A stretch of DNA of 50,851 nucleotides. Origin: a virus (taxonomy: Duplodnaviria > Caudoviricetes). Positions 17,157 through 25,795 of the stretch are shown here, in pieces. Positions within the stretch are counted from its first letter, which is position 1, and each line of letters begins with the position of its first letter. A program made the translations under genes and the position numbers. The DNA is taken from IMG/VR virus record IMGVR_UViG_3300021171_000016, positions 1 through 50,851 of that record. One strand, 5' to 3'. The notes beneath the pieces are model-generated. The model was given only the letters and a program-made list of their open reading frames with translations, searched no databases and was not told the DNA's origin.

Positions 17157-18778
17157 TGACAAGAATCGAAACGACAGACGAACACGCGAGGCGGGTTGCC
17201 GATGCTTACAGTCGGTTTGCTGGCAACGTGTCAGCGATGGCCCGCGACACGGGCCTCTCGCGTGGTGCCATACGTGACCACATGGCGAAACTCGGCATCG
17301 GCAAGAAGCCACTGGTCGCCGGGAAGCTGAAGGGTGTGGTCATGGCGTCGGGCATCCTCCCGGCGAAGGGGCTGATCAAGCGCTACCTGCTCACGTCGGC
17401 GCAGAACAACACGGCCATTAACAAGAAGGTATGGGCGAACTTCCTGGCCCTGGCCGAGCATTACAATGCCGAGATTATGGTCGGTACATATTCCTATAAC
17501 CAGAACCACTTCGGCAGCCTCGCGGTGAAGCGAGGTAAGGACAAAGCTGTCGAGCATACTTTATGGTTCGCTCCTGAAATCGTGGATTACATCTGCGACA
17601 AGCGGGTCGAACTCGGAACTGGCCTCGTGTGGTGTGGTGAGATGAACATCCTGCCGACCGCCGTCGATCCGCTCTCCGGGTTGGAAACCTATTCACATCG
17701 CAAGTCGGCCATCTTCCCGCACGCCAAGCTGGCTATGCGATCCATCCCAACCATGCTGGGCGAGGGCACGAAGCTCAACTACACGACAGGCACCATCACA
17801 CTGAGGAATTACATTCAGAAAAAGGAGGGGCTGAAGGCCGAGCATCATCACCGTTATTCGTGCCTCATCGTCGAAGTCAATCACGACGGGTACTGGTGTG
17901 TCCGCCAGGTGGGAGCCAACTCCGCTGAAGGCGACATCCAAGACCTTCAAGTAATTGTGCGGGGAGGCGAGGTCACGTCCACAGATGCCTCAGTTGAGGC
18001 GATAACCTGGGGTGATTTGCACGCGGGCTGGGTGGAGCCGTGGGTGGTCAATCTGTCAATGGAGATGCTCGACACCCTACGGCCCAAGTACCAATTCCTG
18101 CACGACGTGCTGGAGGGTGCCAGCATCAACCGCCACGAGCGGAAGTCGCCACACCCGCACCATAAATTCAGCAACTGGCTTCGCGGCCTGCATCGTCTCG
18201 ATGCGGAACTGGCATTGAGCAAAGAGGTCATTGAGCGTTACCTGCGTCCCTGGTGTCAGACCATCGTGCCTGATTCTAATCACGATGGCTGGTGGTTGGC
18301 CAGTTGGCTCAATGAATTCGACTATCGCAAGGACCCAGGCAACGCCGAACTATTCCTCAAGATGCAACTTTATTCTTACGAGCGGATAAGGCTTGGCGTA
18401 ATGGTGCGCGACGTTAATCTCATCGGCTGGGCGTTTAACAGCGTCGGGTTGAGTGATGATCGTATTAAGTTCTTGCTCGCAGACGAATCCTTCAAAATCT
18501 GCGACCGGAAGATTGAGTGCGGGATGCACGGGCACCTTGGGCCGAACGGCTCACGCGGCACACCGAGCAACCTGCGGACGGTTGGCCGTCGCGCCAACAC
18601 GGCGCACACCCACTCGGCTGGCATCTACGATGGTCTCTACGTGGCGGGCACGTCGAGCAAGCTACGCTGGGATTACAATTATGGGCCGACTTCCTGGGGT
18701 CATGCCCACATCGTGACCTACCCAAACGGCCAACGCTCAATAATAACTATGTATGACGGAAAATGGAGGGCACAATGA
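17153..18778 (+). CDS. T5 A1-like protein (calcineurin-like metallophosphoesterase/nuclease) with an N-terminal Fis-type HTH
   Basis: LTSAQNNT, EMNILPTAVDPLSGL and TTGTITLRNYIQKKEGLKAEHHH. Metal motifs GDLH, LHD, SNHD, HGH and HTHS. N-terminus GNVSAMARDTGLSRGAI. Confidence 0.78.
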   Translation: MMTRIETTDEHARRVADAYSRFAGNVSAMARDTGLSRGAIRDHMAKLGIGKKPLVAGKLKGVVMASGILPAKGLIKRYLLTSAQNNTAINKKVWANFLALAEHYNAEIMVGTYSYNQNHFGSLAVKRGKDKAVEHTLWFAPEIVDYICDKRVELGTGLVWCGEMNILPTAVDPLSGLETYSHRKSAIFPHAKLAMRSIPTMLGEGTKLNYTTGTITLRNYIQKKEGLKAEHHHRYSCLIVEVNHDGYWCVRQVGANSAEGDIQDLQVIVRGGEVTSTDASVEAITWGDLHAGWVEPWVVNLSMEMLDTLRPKYQFLHDVLEGASINRHERKSPHPHHKFSNWLRGLHRLDAELALSKEVIERYLRPWCQTIVPDSNHDGWWLASWLNEFDYRKDPGNAELFLKMQLYSYERIRLGVMVRDVNLIGWAFNSVGLSDDRIKFLLADESFKICDRKIECGMHGHLGPNGSRGTPSNLRTVGRRANTAHTHSAGIYDGLYVAGTSSKLRWDYNYGPTSWGHAHIVTYPNGQRSIITMYDGKWRAQ

Positions 18779-18933
18779 AACGACCGATTCCCGACCCCGA
18801 GCATTTGTCAATTCTTGCCGGGGTCGTCTACTCGTCCATCCGTGATGAGGGCACGGCGGTTAAGATCGCGGCTAAACTCATCAAGCTGTCTAATGAGCAC
18901 GTTACAAAACTGGAGGCAGACGAAGATGCTTAA
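18775..18933 (+). CDS. Hypothetical 52-aa protein (MKRPIPDPEHL...)
   Basis: ATGA overlap, GGAGG RBS. Confidence 0.55.
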   Translation: MKRPIPDPEHLSILAGVVYSSIRDEGTAVKIAAKLIKLSNEHVTKLEADEDA

Positions 18934-19225
18934 CCGAGTGCAAGTAATTCAACTGATCGACGCCGAGCGGCAGTATCAGGACCTTTCCTACAACCCCGAC
19001 GAGAAACTTTCGAGCGGCCTGACCCGCAGGCAGCGCGACCTCGATGTCACCTCGGGCCTCGTCATGCTCGACACGTATCTGCGTAAGGCGCAGGATGATT
19101 GGACAAACCAGAAGTGTTCCAGCCGCGACTCACTTCGACAGGTCGCGAAGCTCGCCGCGATTGCCGTGCGCATCTTGGAACGGGCTGGCGGAAGCGAGGT
19201 GTTGGTCACGCAGGGCCTGCGCTAG
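18926..19225 (+). CDS. MazG-like all-alpha NTP pyrophosphohydrolase, putative
   Basis: IDAERQYQD...LRQVAKLAAIAVRILE helical pattern. GGAGG RBS before ATG 18926. Confidence 0.5.
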   Translation: MLNRVQVIQLIDAERQYQDLSYNPDEKLSSGLTRRQRDLDVTSGLVMLDTYLRKAQDDWTNQKCSSRDSLRQVAKLAAIAVRILERAGGSEVLVTQGLR

Positions 19226-19259
19226 GGGGTTACCTTTAGAGTTAGTAACCTTCGTACCG

Positions 19260-19288
19260 TTGCAGGCGTGCGGAGGTTACTGTACTTT
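19260..19288 (+). promoter_or_regulatory. Putative sigma70-type promoter
   Basis: TTGCAG-N17-TACTTT upstream of the GAGGAG RBS of 19306. Preceded by inverted repeat GGGGTTAC/GTAACCTT (19226-19252). Confidence 0.5.
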
Positions 19289-19305
19289 CGTGACATGAGG
19301 AGCAC

Positions 19306-19584
19306 ATGGAACTCGAAGAAGAGATTGACTTTGTCGAGGTCGTTCAGGATTTCGGCGAGGTGGATGTCGTCGAAGCGATCTACGGCCCTGGGCACGACCG
19401 TTACTGCAACTATCGCCCGTACATTTCGGAGAGGGGAATCATATGCTGCATGACGTGCGATGCAACGGTGAACTCACTGAGCAAACAGAGCGACTACCTG
19501 TGTCCGTGTTGCGGGTGTCCGACGACTTGCCACGGCTACGACACGGGTCATTGCTACCAATGCGAAAGGAACTGCCCGACCTAA
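19306..19584 (+). CDS. Cys-rich (Zn-binding) hypothetical protein
   Basis: CMTC, CPCC and CYQC pairs. GAGGAG RBS. Confidence 0.6.
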   Translation: MELEEEIDFVEVVQDFGEVDVVEAIYGPGHDRYCNYRPYISERGIICCMTCDATVNSLSKQSDYLCPCCGCPTTCHGYDTGHCYQCERNCPT

Positions 19585-19627
19585 CCTTCGACGAATGGCT
19601 GGCAGTGCTGTTCGGCGGGGTCATCGA

Positions 19628-19861
19628 ATGAGCCAGACAGTTATTTTGCTCGACGCGGTTGTCATTAAAGATGTCAGCTACCCATCGGGGAACATCGCCC
19701 TGAACCTGGGCGACCACGTCCAGGTTGTTCGAAACGGGTCACTTTTCTTTGTTTACGACCCGAAGAGAAGGAGTTATACTGAGGCATGTCGGAACGATTT
19801 TGCTTACTCGACTGATTCGGAAGATTGGGTCAGAGAGCATTTAGTTTTGGAGGGGTTTTAA
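19628..19861 (+). CDS. Hypothetical protein
   Basis: 77 aa from ATG 19628. Confidence 0.55.
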   Translation: MSQTVILLDAVVIKDVSYPSGNIALNLGDHVQVVRNGSLFFVYDPKRRSYTEACRNDFAYSTDSEDWVREHLVLEGF

Positions 19862-19863
19862 TT

Positions 19864-20133
19864 ATGGCGAAGGAAAAGAGAATCAGAAAAATGGTAACGG
19901 GCCACACCTACATTCTCACACCCGCAGGTGTCGGCGCATTGAAGGACGAACCGTCTGAGAAGGAAGTGGCGGTTCTCAGGCCGTTGCGCAAGGCACCACT
20001 CACCCAGGGGCAGTTGTATCCCCGCGTTGAGAAGATGAAGGCATTCAGGGAGCGCAAGTTCCTGGGGTCGTATCTCGTGGCCCTGCGCAAACGTGGGCTG
20101 ATCAAGTTCGGCCCCAAGCTGAAGGCCGCGTAA
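19864..20133 (+). CDS. Basic winged-helix-like DNA-binding protein
   Basis: SEKEVAVLRPLRKAPLTQGQL...YLVALRKRGLIK. GGAGG RBS. Confidence 0.55.
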   Translation: MAKEKRIRKMVTGHTYILTPAGVGALKDEPSEKEVAVLRPLRKAPLTQGQLYPRVEKMKAFRERKFLGSYLVALRKRGLIKFGPKLKAA

Positions 20134-20270
20134 TGGTTGCACCCAGCCGGGTCGCCTGACGGCCACGTCGCGACCCGGTTTCTCCCCCGGTTGAAAGCGT
20201 TCCGACACAACGCCTACCTACCGAGTAACCTCCCACAAATTCAAACGAGCAAACCTTTTCAGGGAGAACT

Positions 20271-21011
20271 ATGACCAAAGCAACCATCACCGATACAACC
20301 TTTACTCTCGGGGAGGTTTCCTTCCCGATTGACCGCAACAACATCGTCACATCCATTGACGCCCTCGACAAGCTGAATGCAGGCGCCTGGACGGCCCTGG
20401 CGGTCGCGTCCGACCTTCCGGTCAGCCCGTTCGAGAAGCGACTCATCAAGCCTGTATTGATGGGCGTCATCCAGGAGGCGTGGTATCTGAACATCAAGGG
20501 CAGCGTGTCCGAAAAATGCCTGCTCAACCAGAAGAATCGCGTCACCCGCTACAAGCAGCAGTTGGAGGAGTTGACCTCGGGCGACGGCGACGACAAGGTA
20601 TTCCGCATCGCCAAGTCGCGGCCCGAAACCAAGGAACGGGTTTCAATGTTCTACAAACTCCTGCCAGGATACGAGGCCAAAATCAAGGAGTTCAAGACGC
20701 AGAAGTATATGACGATGAAGGCCATCGTGGACGCGGGCGACAAGAATCTCACCGTGAATCAGATGGCAGCGGCCATCGAACAGATGCCCGAAGCGAAGTT
20801 CGCCGGAACGGTCTCGGCCAAGAACATCTCCGGACTGGTCTGCAACTTCATGGACCTTGGCATCATCCAGGCTGTGGACGCCGAAGGGCAGCCCGTCGAA
20901 CGCAAGGCCACACCCAAGAAGGACAAGCCCGTAGCTGATGTGAAGGCTTCCGCGTCGCCCACGCCTCCAGCCACGGGCAAGAAGCCCGCGACCACAAACA
21001 AAAAGAAGTGA
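20271..21011 (+). CDS. Hypothetical protein with a winged-helix-like C-terminal half and Lys-rich tail
   Basis: LTVNQMAAAI...NISGLVCNFMDLGII and a K/P/T-rich C-terminus. AGGGAG RBS. Confidence 0.6.
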   Translation: MTKATITDTTFTLGEVSFPIDRNNIVTSIDALDKLNAGAWTALAVASDLPVSPFEKRLIKPVLMGVIQEAWYLNIKGSVSEKCLLNQKNRVTRYKQQLEELTSGDGDDKVFRIAKSRPETKERVSMFYKLLPGYEAKIKEFKTQKYMTMKAIVDAGDKNLTVNQMAAAIEQMPEAKFAGTVSAKNISGLVCNFMDLGIIQAVDAEGQPVERKATPKKDKPVADVKASASPTPPATGKKPATTNKKK

Positions 21012-21016
21012 CCCCG

Positions 21017-21042
21017 ACGAGGCCCGCAAGGGCCTCGGTTTC
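21017..21042 (+). terminator. Terminator-like hairpin
   Basis: CGAGGCCC-GCAA-GGGCCTCG followed by GTTTC. Confidence 0.55.
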
Positions 21043-21062
21043 ACCCGTCCAAGAAAGGACGC

Positions 21063-21263
21063 ATGAAGTCTAAAAAGTTCGGCGAAGTAGAAGTTATCGA
21101 AACCCTCGGAACGCTATCACACATCCGCCTGCCTAATGGCGCTGAGTTCTGGGTGAAGAGCATCACCCTCATGCCGCTGCCAAAGAAGCGCACCATCGAA
21201 CCTAACTTTTATTATGCGGACGCATACCCGCGAGAAGGGTTGGTGTTCAAGTGTGTAATTTAA
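21063..21263 (+). CDS. Hypothetical protein
   Basis: 66 aa, AAAGGA RBS. Confidence 0.6.
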   Translation: MKSKKFGEVEVIETLGTLSHIRLPNGAEFWVKSITLMPLPKKRTIEPNFYYADAYPREGLVFKCVI

Positions 21264-21280
21264 CTTCCCACGAAGGACAC

Positions 21281-21949
21281 ATGACCCACAACACTCCTGG
21301 AAAGCTACGGCAGGAGATGTTCGTGCAGCAGTTTTTAGCCTCCGTCCACGATCAACACGACGGCTTTGCGATATATCTAGTTGGGTCCAGTCGTGAATTT
21401 TACAGACATATCCAAGAGAAGATCATGCTTGGAATTGCCGAAGAGTTTCATATTGTCGTCGAGCGCGATTACAAGACCTATATGGCCCTAGTGGCCGAGG
21501 GGAGGCGTTTGGGGTTTCGGGGAATGATCTGGCACGGGGATTTTTTTAACGTGACAGAGTTGGTAGCCCGCAAGAATAAAATTGCCCACCTCGACTTTGA
21601 CGGCGTGAATAGCTTTAACTATGACGGCAACGCTGAACACTTTTTCTGGTTGGTGTTGCGGTTCGGTGTGTTGTCTTATATCTATGTCTATTGTCCACGC
21701 ATGCACCTTGACACCAATACAGATCGACTCGCCAAGCAACTGAAGATTGCGAAGACGGTGAGAAGTCACAGCAATGGGAAAGCCGACCGCCGAAACTTTC
21801 CACTCCACTATGCAAACAAAGACTTAGTCGAAAGTTTTGTATCCCAGATTTTACCTGCGCCGTGGATTCACAGCAAGGCTACGGGATATATGGGAAAGTG
21901 TCAGATGGGATTCATCACAGGACGAAGGGAGGCAGTATGTCAATCATGA
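21281..21949 (+). CDS. Hypothetical protein, possible divergent class I SAM-dependent methyltransferase fold
   Basis: IYLVGSS / IVVERD / WHGDFF / AHLDFDG spaced like Rossmann MTase motifs I-IV. Confidence 0.45.
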   Translation: MTHNTPGKLRQEMFVQQFLASVHDQHDGFAIYLVGSSREFYRHIQEKIMLGIAEEFHIVVERDYKTYMALVAEGRRLGFRGMIWHGDFFNVTELVARKNKIAHLDFDGVNSFNYDGNAEHFFWLVLRFGVLSYIYVYCPRMHLDTNTDRLAKQLKIAKTVRSHSNGKADRRNFPLHYANKDLVESFVSQILPAPWIHSKATGYMGKCQMGFITGRREAVCQS

Positions 21950-22338
21950 GTTGCAAGTGTGGCTCCGTGTTGCAATCGAGGCCGCGTCGTGGACCGCAGA
22001 CGGGTTACTACTATGATTGGACCTGTCCGCACGAAGGCGACTCGGCCCAGGCAATGGGCCACACGCCTCCCTTCGCCGACAAGCGGGTCTCGGTGTATCA
22101 AGCTGGGACCGCAAAGCAGTTACTGGCTCAGGCTGTCGGGTGGAATATTAAAGCCTGTCGACGTGGCCGACCCGGCGAACCGTTCTCGCGTCGGCGCATT
22201 CGGACGCGCATTGTTCGCCGAGTGAAACGCAAGGGCTTCGCAGACGTGCAGGACAGGGACGCCACGCGACGGCTCGAAGGACTCTACCGCCAGCTTGCAC
22301 AGAAGAAGCCGAGGAGTCATGCCCAAAGTATCACGTAA
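21937..22338 (+). CDS. Hypothetical Arg-rich protein with Zn-ribbon-like N-terminus
   Basis: CKCG...WTCPH. GGGAGG RBS. Confidence 0.5.
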   Translation: MSIMSCKCGSVLQSRPRRGPQTGYYYDWTCPHEGDSAQAMGHTPPFADKRVSVYQAGTAKQLLAQAVGWNIKACRRGRPGEPFSRRRIRTRIVRRVKRKGFADVQDRDATRRLEGLYRQLAQKKPRSHAQSIT

Positions 22339-24439
22339 AACAGCAGCCTGTTCTGGCGTGTTGTTCGAGATGGAGGAGCCCGTTGTGGCTCCTCCCACCA
22401 TCGCGCCTGAACTTCCGGCAGTCTATCGCGAGATTACGGGCGATCCGCCAGCCATAGAGGTATTCACCGCAGGAAAACAAGTCACCTTCTTCGACATAGC
22501 GAAGCGTGGCACATGGGAGAAACCGAATGAGCTTCCAATTATCCAGGGTCGTTTTAAGCGTATCGGGCTTGATGACGAAACGACAGGTAAGAACAAGTTT
22601 AAAGATACTCCGGTCGGCACAGCGATTGCTACGCCAGACGGAAAAAAATACTACATCCCGCACGCCCATGAAGGAGGCGGTAACTACGACCCTGACCTCG
22701 TACATCGCTGGAAGCGAGAACAACTCCGGGACATTACAATCGTTAATCTCAACACTGGCTACGACGCCGAAGTCGAACGCAACGACGGAATAGACCTCGA
22801 AGCGCAGGGCTGCCTCCTCCATGACGTGGCCCACTCAGCAGCGTTGCTCAACGAGAATCGGGTTATGGGGTTCAACCTCAACGACCTGGGATTGGAGTAC
22901 TGTGGCTATGGGAAGCTGGAACTTGAAGGCAGGCCCGACGACATCTACCGCGAGCATTCGTCTCGTATCGGACACTATGCAGAGAACGACGCGGCCTTGG
23001 CTCTCGCCATCGACACGGCGCAACGCCCACTCATCGAGGCTGAAGGCCTTCAGAGAGTGGAACAGTTGGAAGATCGACTCATCTGGGCGAATAACCATAT
23101 GGAAAGGTCCGCTCTTCGCATTGATGTTCCCAAGCTAGAAGCGTGGTCCGAGCAGTTGGGGATAGACATCGGAAGCGAGATAATGTCCATCTGGGATACC
23201 ACGGGCCTGAAGATCTACCCCAACAAAACGAAAGGCGCGAACTCGCTGCTGTCGTTGTGTGCCTGGGCCGATGAGGACCCGCCAACCCTTACCCAGGCCG
23301 ACCTCAACAACATGACCTCGACCGAGCGGCTGACTGCCGAACTTGGGAAGGTCTCGTTCAAGCGGTCGGTGATGCAGCGGCTGAAGAGTCCCGTGTTCGC
23401 GCACGCAATCCTGGCCCGCGACCTGTTGAGTCTGAAGTCGAAGTACATTTCAAAACTGATGCGGTTGCGGCAGGGCGACCTAGCAAGGTTCGTACTGCAT
23501 CAGTTGCGGTCGAGTGACGAGGACGCAACCGGACTCGACGGCACGGTAACCGGGCGTTATTCCTCCTCGGGTGGAAAGGACAAGAGCGGATTCAACGCTC
23601 AACAATGGTCGAAGGTCGAGAAGCAGTTGCAGGTCATGGGTGCGGACTTCCGCTACATCATCCGCGAGTTGTTCATCCCCGACGACGGCTTCGACTTCTT
23701 CGCCTCGGATGCTTCGCAGATCGAGTTCCGGTTGTTCGCCCACTACTCGAACGACGCCGACCTGATCCGGCGTTACGCCGAGGACCCAACCATCGACTTT
23801 CACTTCCTCGTTACATGCCTGATGAATCCAGGCAAGGACCCGGTCGCAGATTACAAATGGCTGAAGTCGGTTCGCTCCACGATTTTCAAGCATATTAACT
23901 TCGGCGTGCTGTACGGAATGGGTCGAGCGAAGCTGGCCGTGAAGCTCGGGCTCGCGTGCATCTGTGGTGACATTCCAGCGAACCTTTTCTGGGACAACGA
24001 AGAGCACTTCGACGGATGTCCTGCGCGGCAGGCTAACGACATAATGAACCAGTACCACAAGAGCTTCCCAGCGGCGAAGAGGCTCATGCGGGCCTGTGCG
24101 GACAAGGCCGAGGAGGTTGGATTCGTCCACACGTTGCTCGGTCGGCGTGGCCGCTTCGAGGAGGGTGATGATCGTTTCTACAAATCCCTGAACAAAGTTA
24201 TTCAGGGGGGTGCAGCCGACGCCTTCAAGACCAAGGTACTTTCAGTGTACGACAACCGCAACACGCTCGGGATTCATAAGCTGCGGGCACCCGTCCATGA
24301 TGAGCAGACGGGCGACATCAGCAAGGACCCGGCACACAAGAAACTTCTGCTCGAATGTTTGGCCGAGCAGGACTTCAAGCTTAAAGTAGATCTACGCTGG
24401 GATACAAAATTCGGAGCAAACTGGAGGGAATGTGCATAA
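22319..24439 (+). CDS. polA: DNA polymerase family A with 3'-5' exonuclease domain
   Basis: ExoI GLDDETTG, YAENDA, TVTGRYSS, motif A DASQIEFRLFAHYS, motif B KHINFGVLYGMG and motif C PVHDE. GAGGAG RBS before ATG 22319. Confidence 0.95.
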   Translation: MPKVSRKTAACSGVLFEMEEPVVAPPTIAPELPAVYREITGDPPAIEVFTAGKQVTFFDIAKRGTWEKPNELPIIQGRFKRIGLDDETTGKNKFKDTPVGTAIATPDGKKYYIPHAHEGGGNYDPDLVHRWKREQLRDITIVNLNTGYDAEVERNDGIDLEAQGCLLHDVAHSAALLNENRVMGFNLNDLGLEYCGYGKLELEGRPDDIYREHSSRIGHYAENDAALALAIDTAQRPLIEAEGLQRVEQLEDRLIWANNHMERSALRIDVPKLEAWSEQLGIDIGSEIMSIWDTTGLKIYPNKTKGANSLLSLCAWADEDPPTLTQADLNNMTSTERLTAELGKVSFKRSVMQRLKSPVFAHAILARDLLSLKSKYISKLMRLRQGDLARFVLHQLRSSDEDATGLDGTVTGRYSSSGGKDKSGFNAQQWSKVEKQLQVMGADFRYIIRELFIPDDGFDFFASDASQIEFRLFAHYSNDADLIRRYAEDPTIDFHFLVTCLMNPGKDPVADYKWLKSVRSTIFKHINFGVLYGMGRAKLAVKLGLACICGDIPANLFWDNEEHFDGCPARQANDIMNQYHKSFPAAKRLMRACADKAEEVGFVHTLLGRRGRFEEGDDRFYKSLNKVIQGGAADAFKTKVLSVYDNRNTLGIHKLRAPVHDEQTGDISKDPAHKKLLLECLAEQDFKLKVDLRWDTKFGANWRECA

Positions 24440-24956
24440 GTCAATTCTTCACGATTGGGTAATGGATCTTCCGCTGCGCCATCAGGGCGTTCTACTGACT
24501 GGCATTCGTGGCTGTGATGGCGTGCCCAAGCACGACCTGTCAAAGCCAGTGATGCGGGCCATACGCTTCTTCGTCCTCATCAACTACGACATGCGCGAGA
24601 CGATCTGCGAAACGGGCTTCACTTATTGGGACCCGAAGGCGTTCCGCGAGGGCGTCGAGATACTGGCCAAGAACCTCGATGAGTATCCTGTTCACTTTGT
24701 CTTTCACATGCTGCACGCCCTGGAGGTCATCGGCTATCACTTTCCGGTTGGGGCTTTCATACACGAGCCAGAGTACGCCGAACGTCTTACGAAGGATGGT
24801 CATGGACTGGCGCAGGCCGAAGACTATTGCGGCACGCTTTTCCGCTGGGCCTATGAAAAGCTGGTTCGTAAGTTCCACCTCAACTCGGAAACCTACGATC
24901 AACTGCAGGCGCGGTTGCATGAGGACAGGGTCGCCGACAAGACGGTAGGCCTCTAG
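24432..24956 (+). CDS. Conserved phage hypothetical protein
   Basis: SILHDWVMDLPLRHQGVLLTGIRGCDG...HFVFHMLHALEVIGYH. Overlaps the pol stop. Confidence 0.65.
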   Translation: MHKSILHDWVMDLPLRHQGVLLTGIRGCDGVPKHDLSKPVMRAIRFFVLINYDMRETICETGFTYWDPKAFREGVEILAKNLDEYPVHFVFHMLHALEVIGYHFPVGAFIHEPEYAERLTKDGHGLAQAEDYCGTLFRWAYEKLVRKFHLNSETYDQLQARLHEDRVADKTVGL

Positions 24957-25400
24957 GTGCCACTCGAAGCAGGTGTGTCGTCGCCATTTATGAAACAACT
25001 TCGGCTGGCGTTGCCAGGATCGGAGGTCATCAAGCACAGGGACGCCAGCATGATTGGGCTGCCCGATTGCAGCGTCACCTATCACAAGCAGATTGCGTGG
25101 CTGGAGTTTAAGCGGTTCGTGCCCAACGTCGGTTGGAGTTCGCAATTCAAACAAGGGCTGCAGCCAGCTATTCCATTCTTCGACATCGCGGCTGAATCGC
25201 CGACGCAGTTTGAGATGATGAAGCGCATGTCCGAGCAGGCCACGTTCGCGGCTTACATTATCTGGGCCAATAAGACGAAGCGCATTGGCGTGTGGAACCT
25301 AACAAAATCACGGGCCAGTCCGGAGGAGACTGGCATTACGTACTTTGAACGCACGCCCGAGGTTGTGGCTCACGTCGCCGGGTGGTTGTTAACTCCCTAG
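24957..25400 (+). CDS. PD-(D/E)XK nuclease (VRR-NUC/resolvase-like)
   Basis: IGLPDC...AWLEFK...SPTQ. Located just after the polymerase. Confidence 0.7.
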   Translation: MPLEAGVSSPFMKQLRLALPGSEVIKHRDASMIGLPDCSVTYHKQIAWLEFKRFVPNVGWSSQFKQGLQPAIPFFDIAAESPTQFEMMKRMSEQATFAAYIIWANKTKRIGVWNLTKSRASPEETGITYFERTPEVVAHVAGWLLTP

Positions 25401-25427
25401 TTATAGTACCGTTGCCATGTACCACGT

Positions 25428-25463
25428 AACCCCCAACAGGTCAACAACCTGCTGGGGGTTTTG
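25428..25463 (+). terminator. Intrinsic terminator of the replication operon
   Basis: AACCCCCA-ACAGGT...ACCTGC-TGGGGGTT followed by TTG. Confidence 0.55.
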
Positions 25464-25519
25464 ACTTTGGGGCCGTTGTCCTTTAGTATGTTGACCGCCT
25501 TCGTGGGCCACGGTAAGAT
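25461..25519 (+). promoter_or_regulatory. Two tandem sigma70-type promoters 30 bp apart
   Basis: TTGACT-N17-TAGTAT (25461-25489) and TTGACC-N17-TAAGAT (25491-25519). ATG 25526 is 6 nt after the second -10. Confidence 0.7.
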
Positions 25520-25525
25520 AACCCC

Positions 25526-25795
25526 ATGATGACCACACAAAAAACGCCAACCCCCTGGACGACGGACAACTGCTTTCCTGTCCGTGGCCCGATCACCCAA
25601 CACGGCTTTTCATTCGCGCAGGCCGAGGACCTTGGCCGCAATATCGAAGCCGAAAAACACGAAATCAAGTGGCCCGACCTGCACATCGACGACCTCGCCT
25701 GGAAGATGGCGCAGGCGTTGTGCGGGGTGAACGCGACCCCATCCGAGGTTGCCATGCGTGCAGCAGTCATCAGCAAAAATCTCAAGGAGGGATAA
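25526..25795 (+). CDS. Hypothetical protein (probably leaderless)
   Basis: 89 aa, no SD. Confidence 0.6.
   Translation: MMTTQKTPTPWTTDNCFPVRGPITQHGFSFAQAEDLGRNIEAEKHEIKWPDLHIDDLAWKMAQALCGVNATPSEVAMRAAVISKNLKEG

Noticed and set aside
23480-24130. Long antisense or alternate-frame ORFs (e.g. 23480..24130 -, 41757..42542 +, 11409..12131 -, 5149..5766 +)
   Set aside because: They shadow well-supported genes on the opposite strand and lack RBS and motifs. Expected from GC-rich codon bias.
6183-24439. Inteins, introns or homing endonucleases in terL, helicases or polymerase
   Set aside because: The ORFs are of normal length and continuous, with no intein splice or LAGLIDADG/HNH motifs seen.
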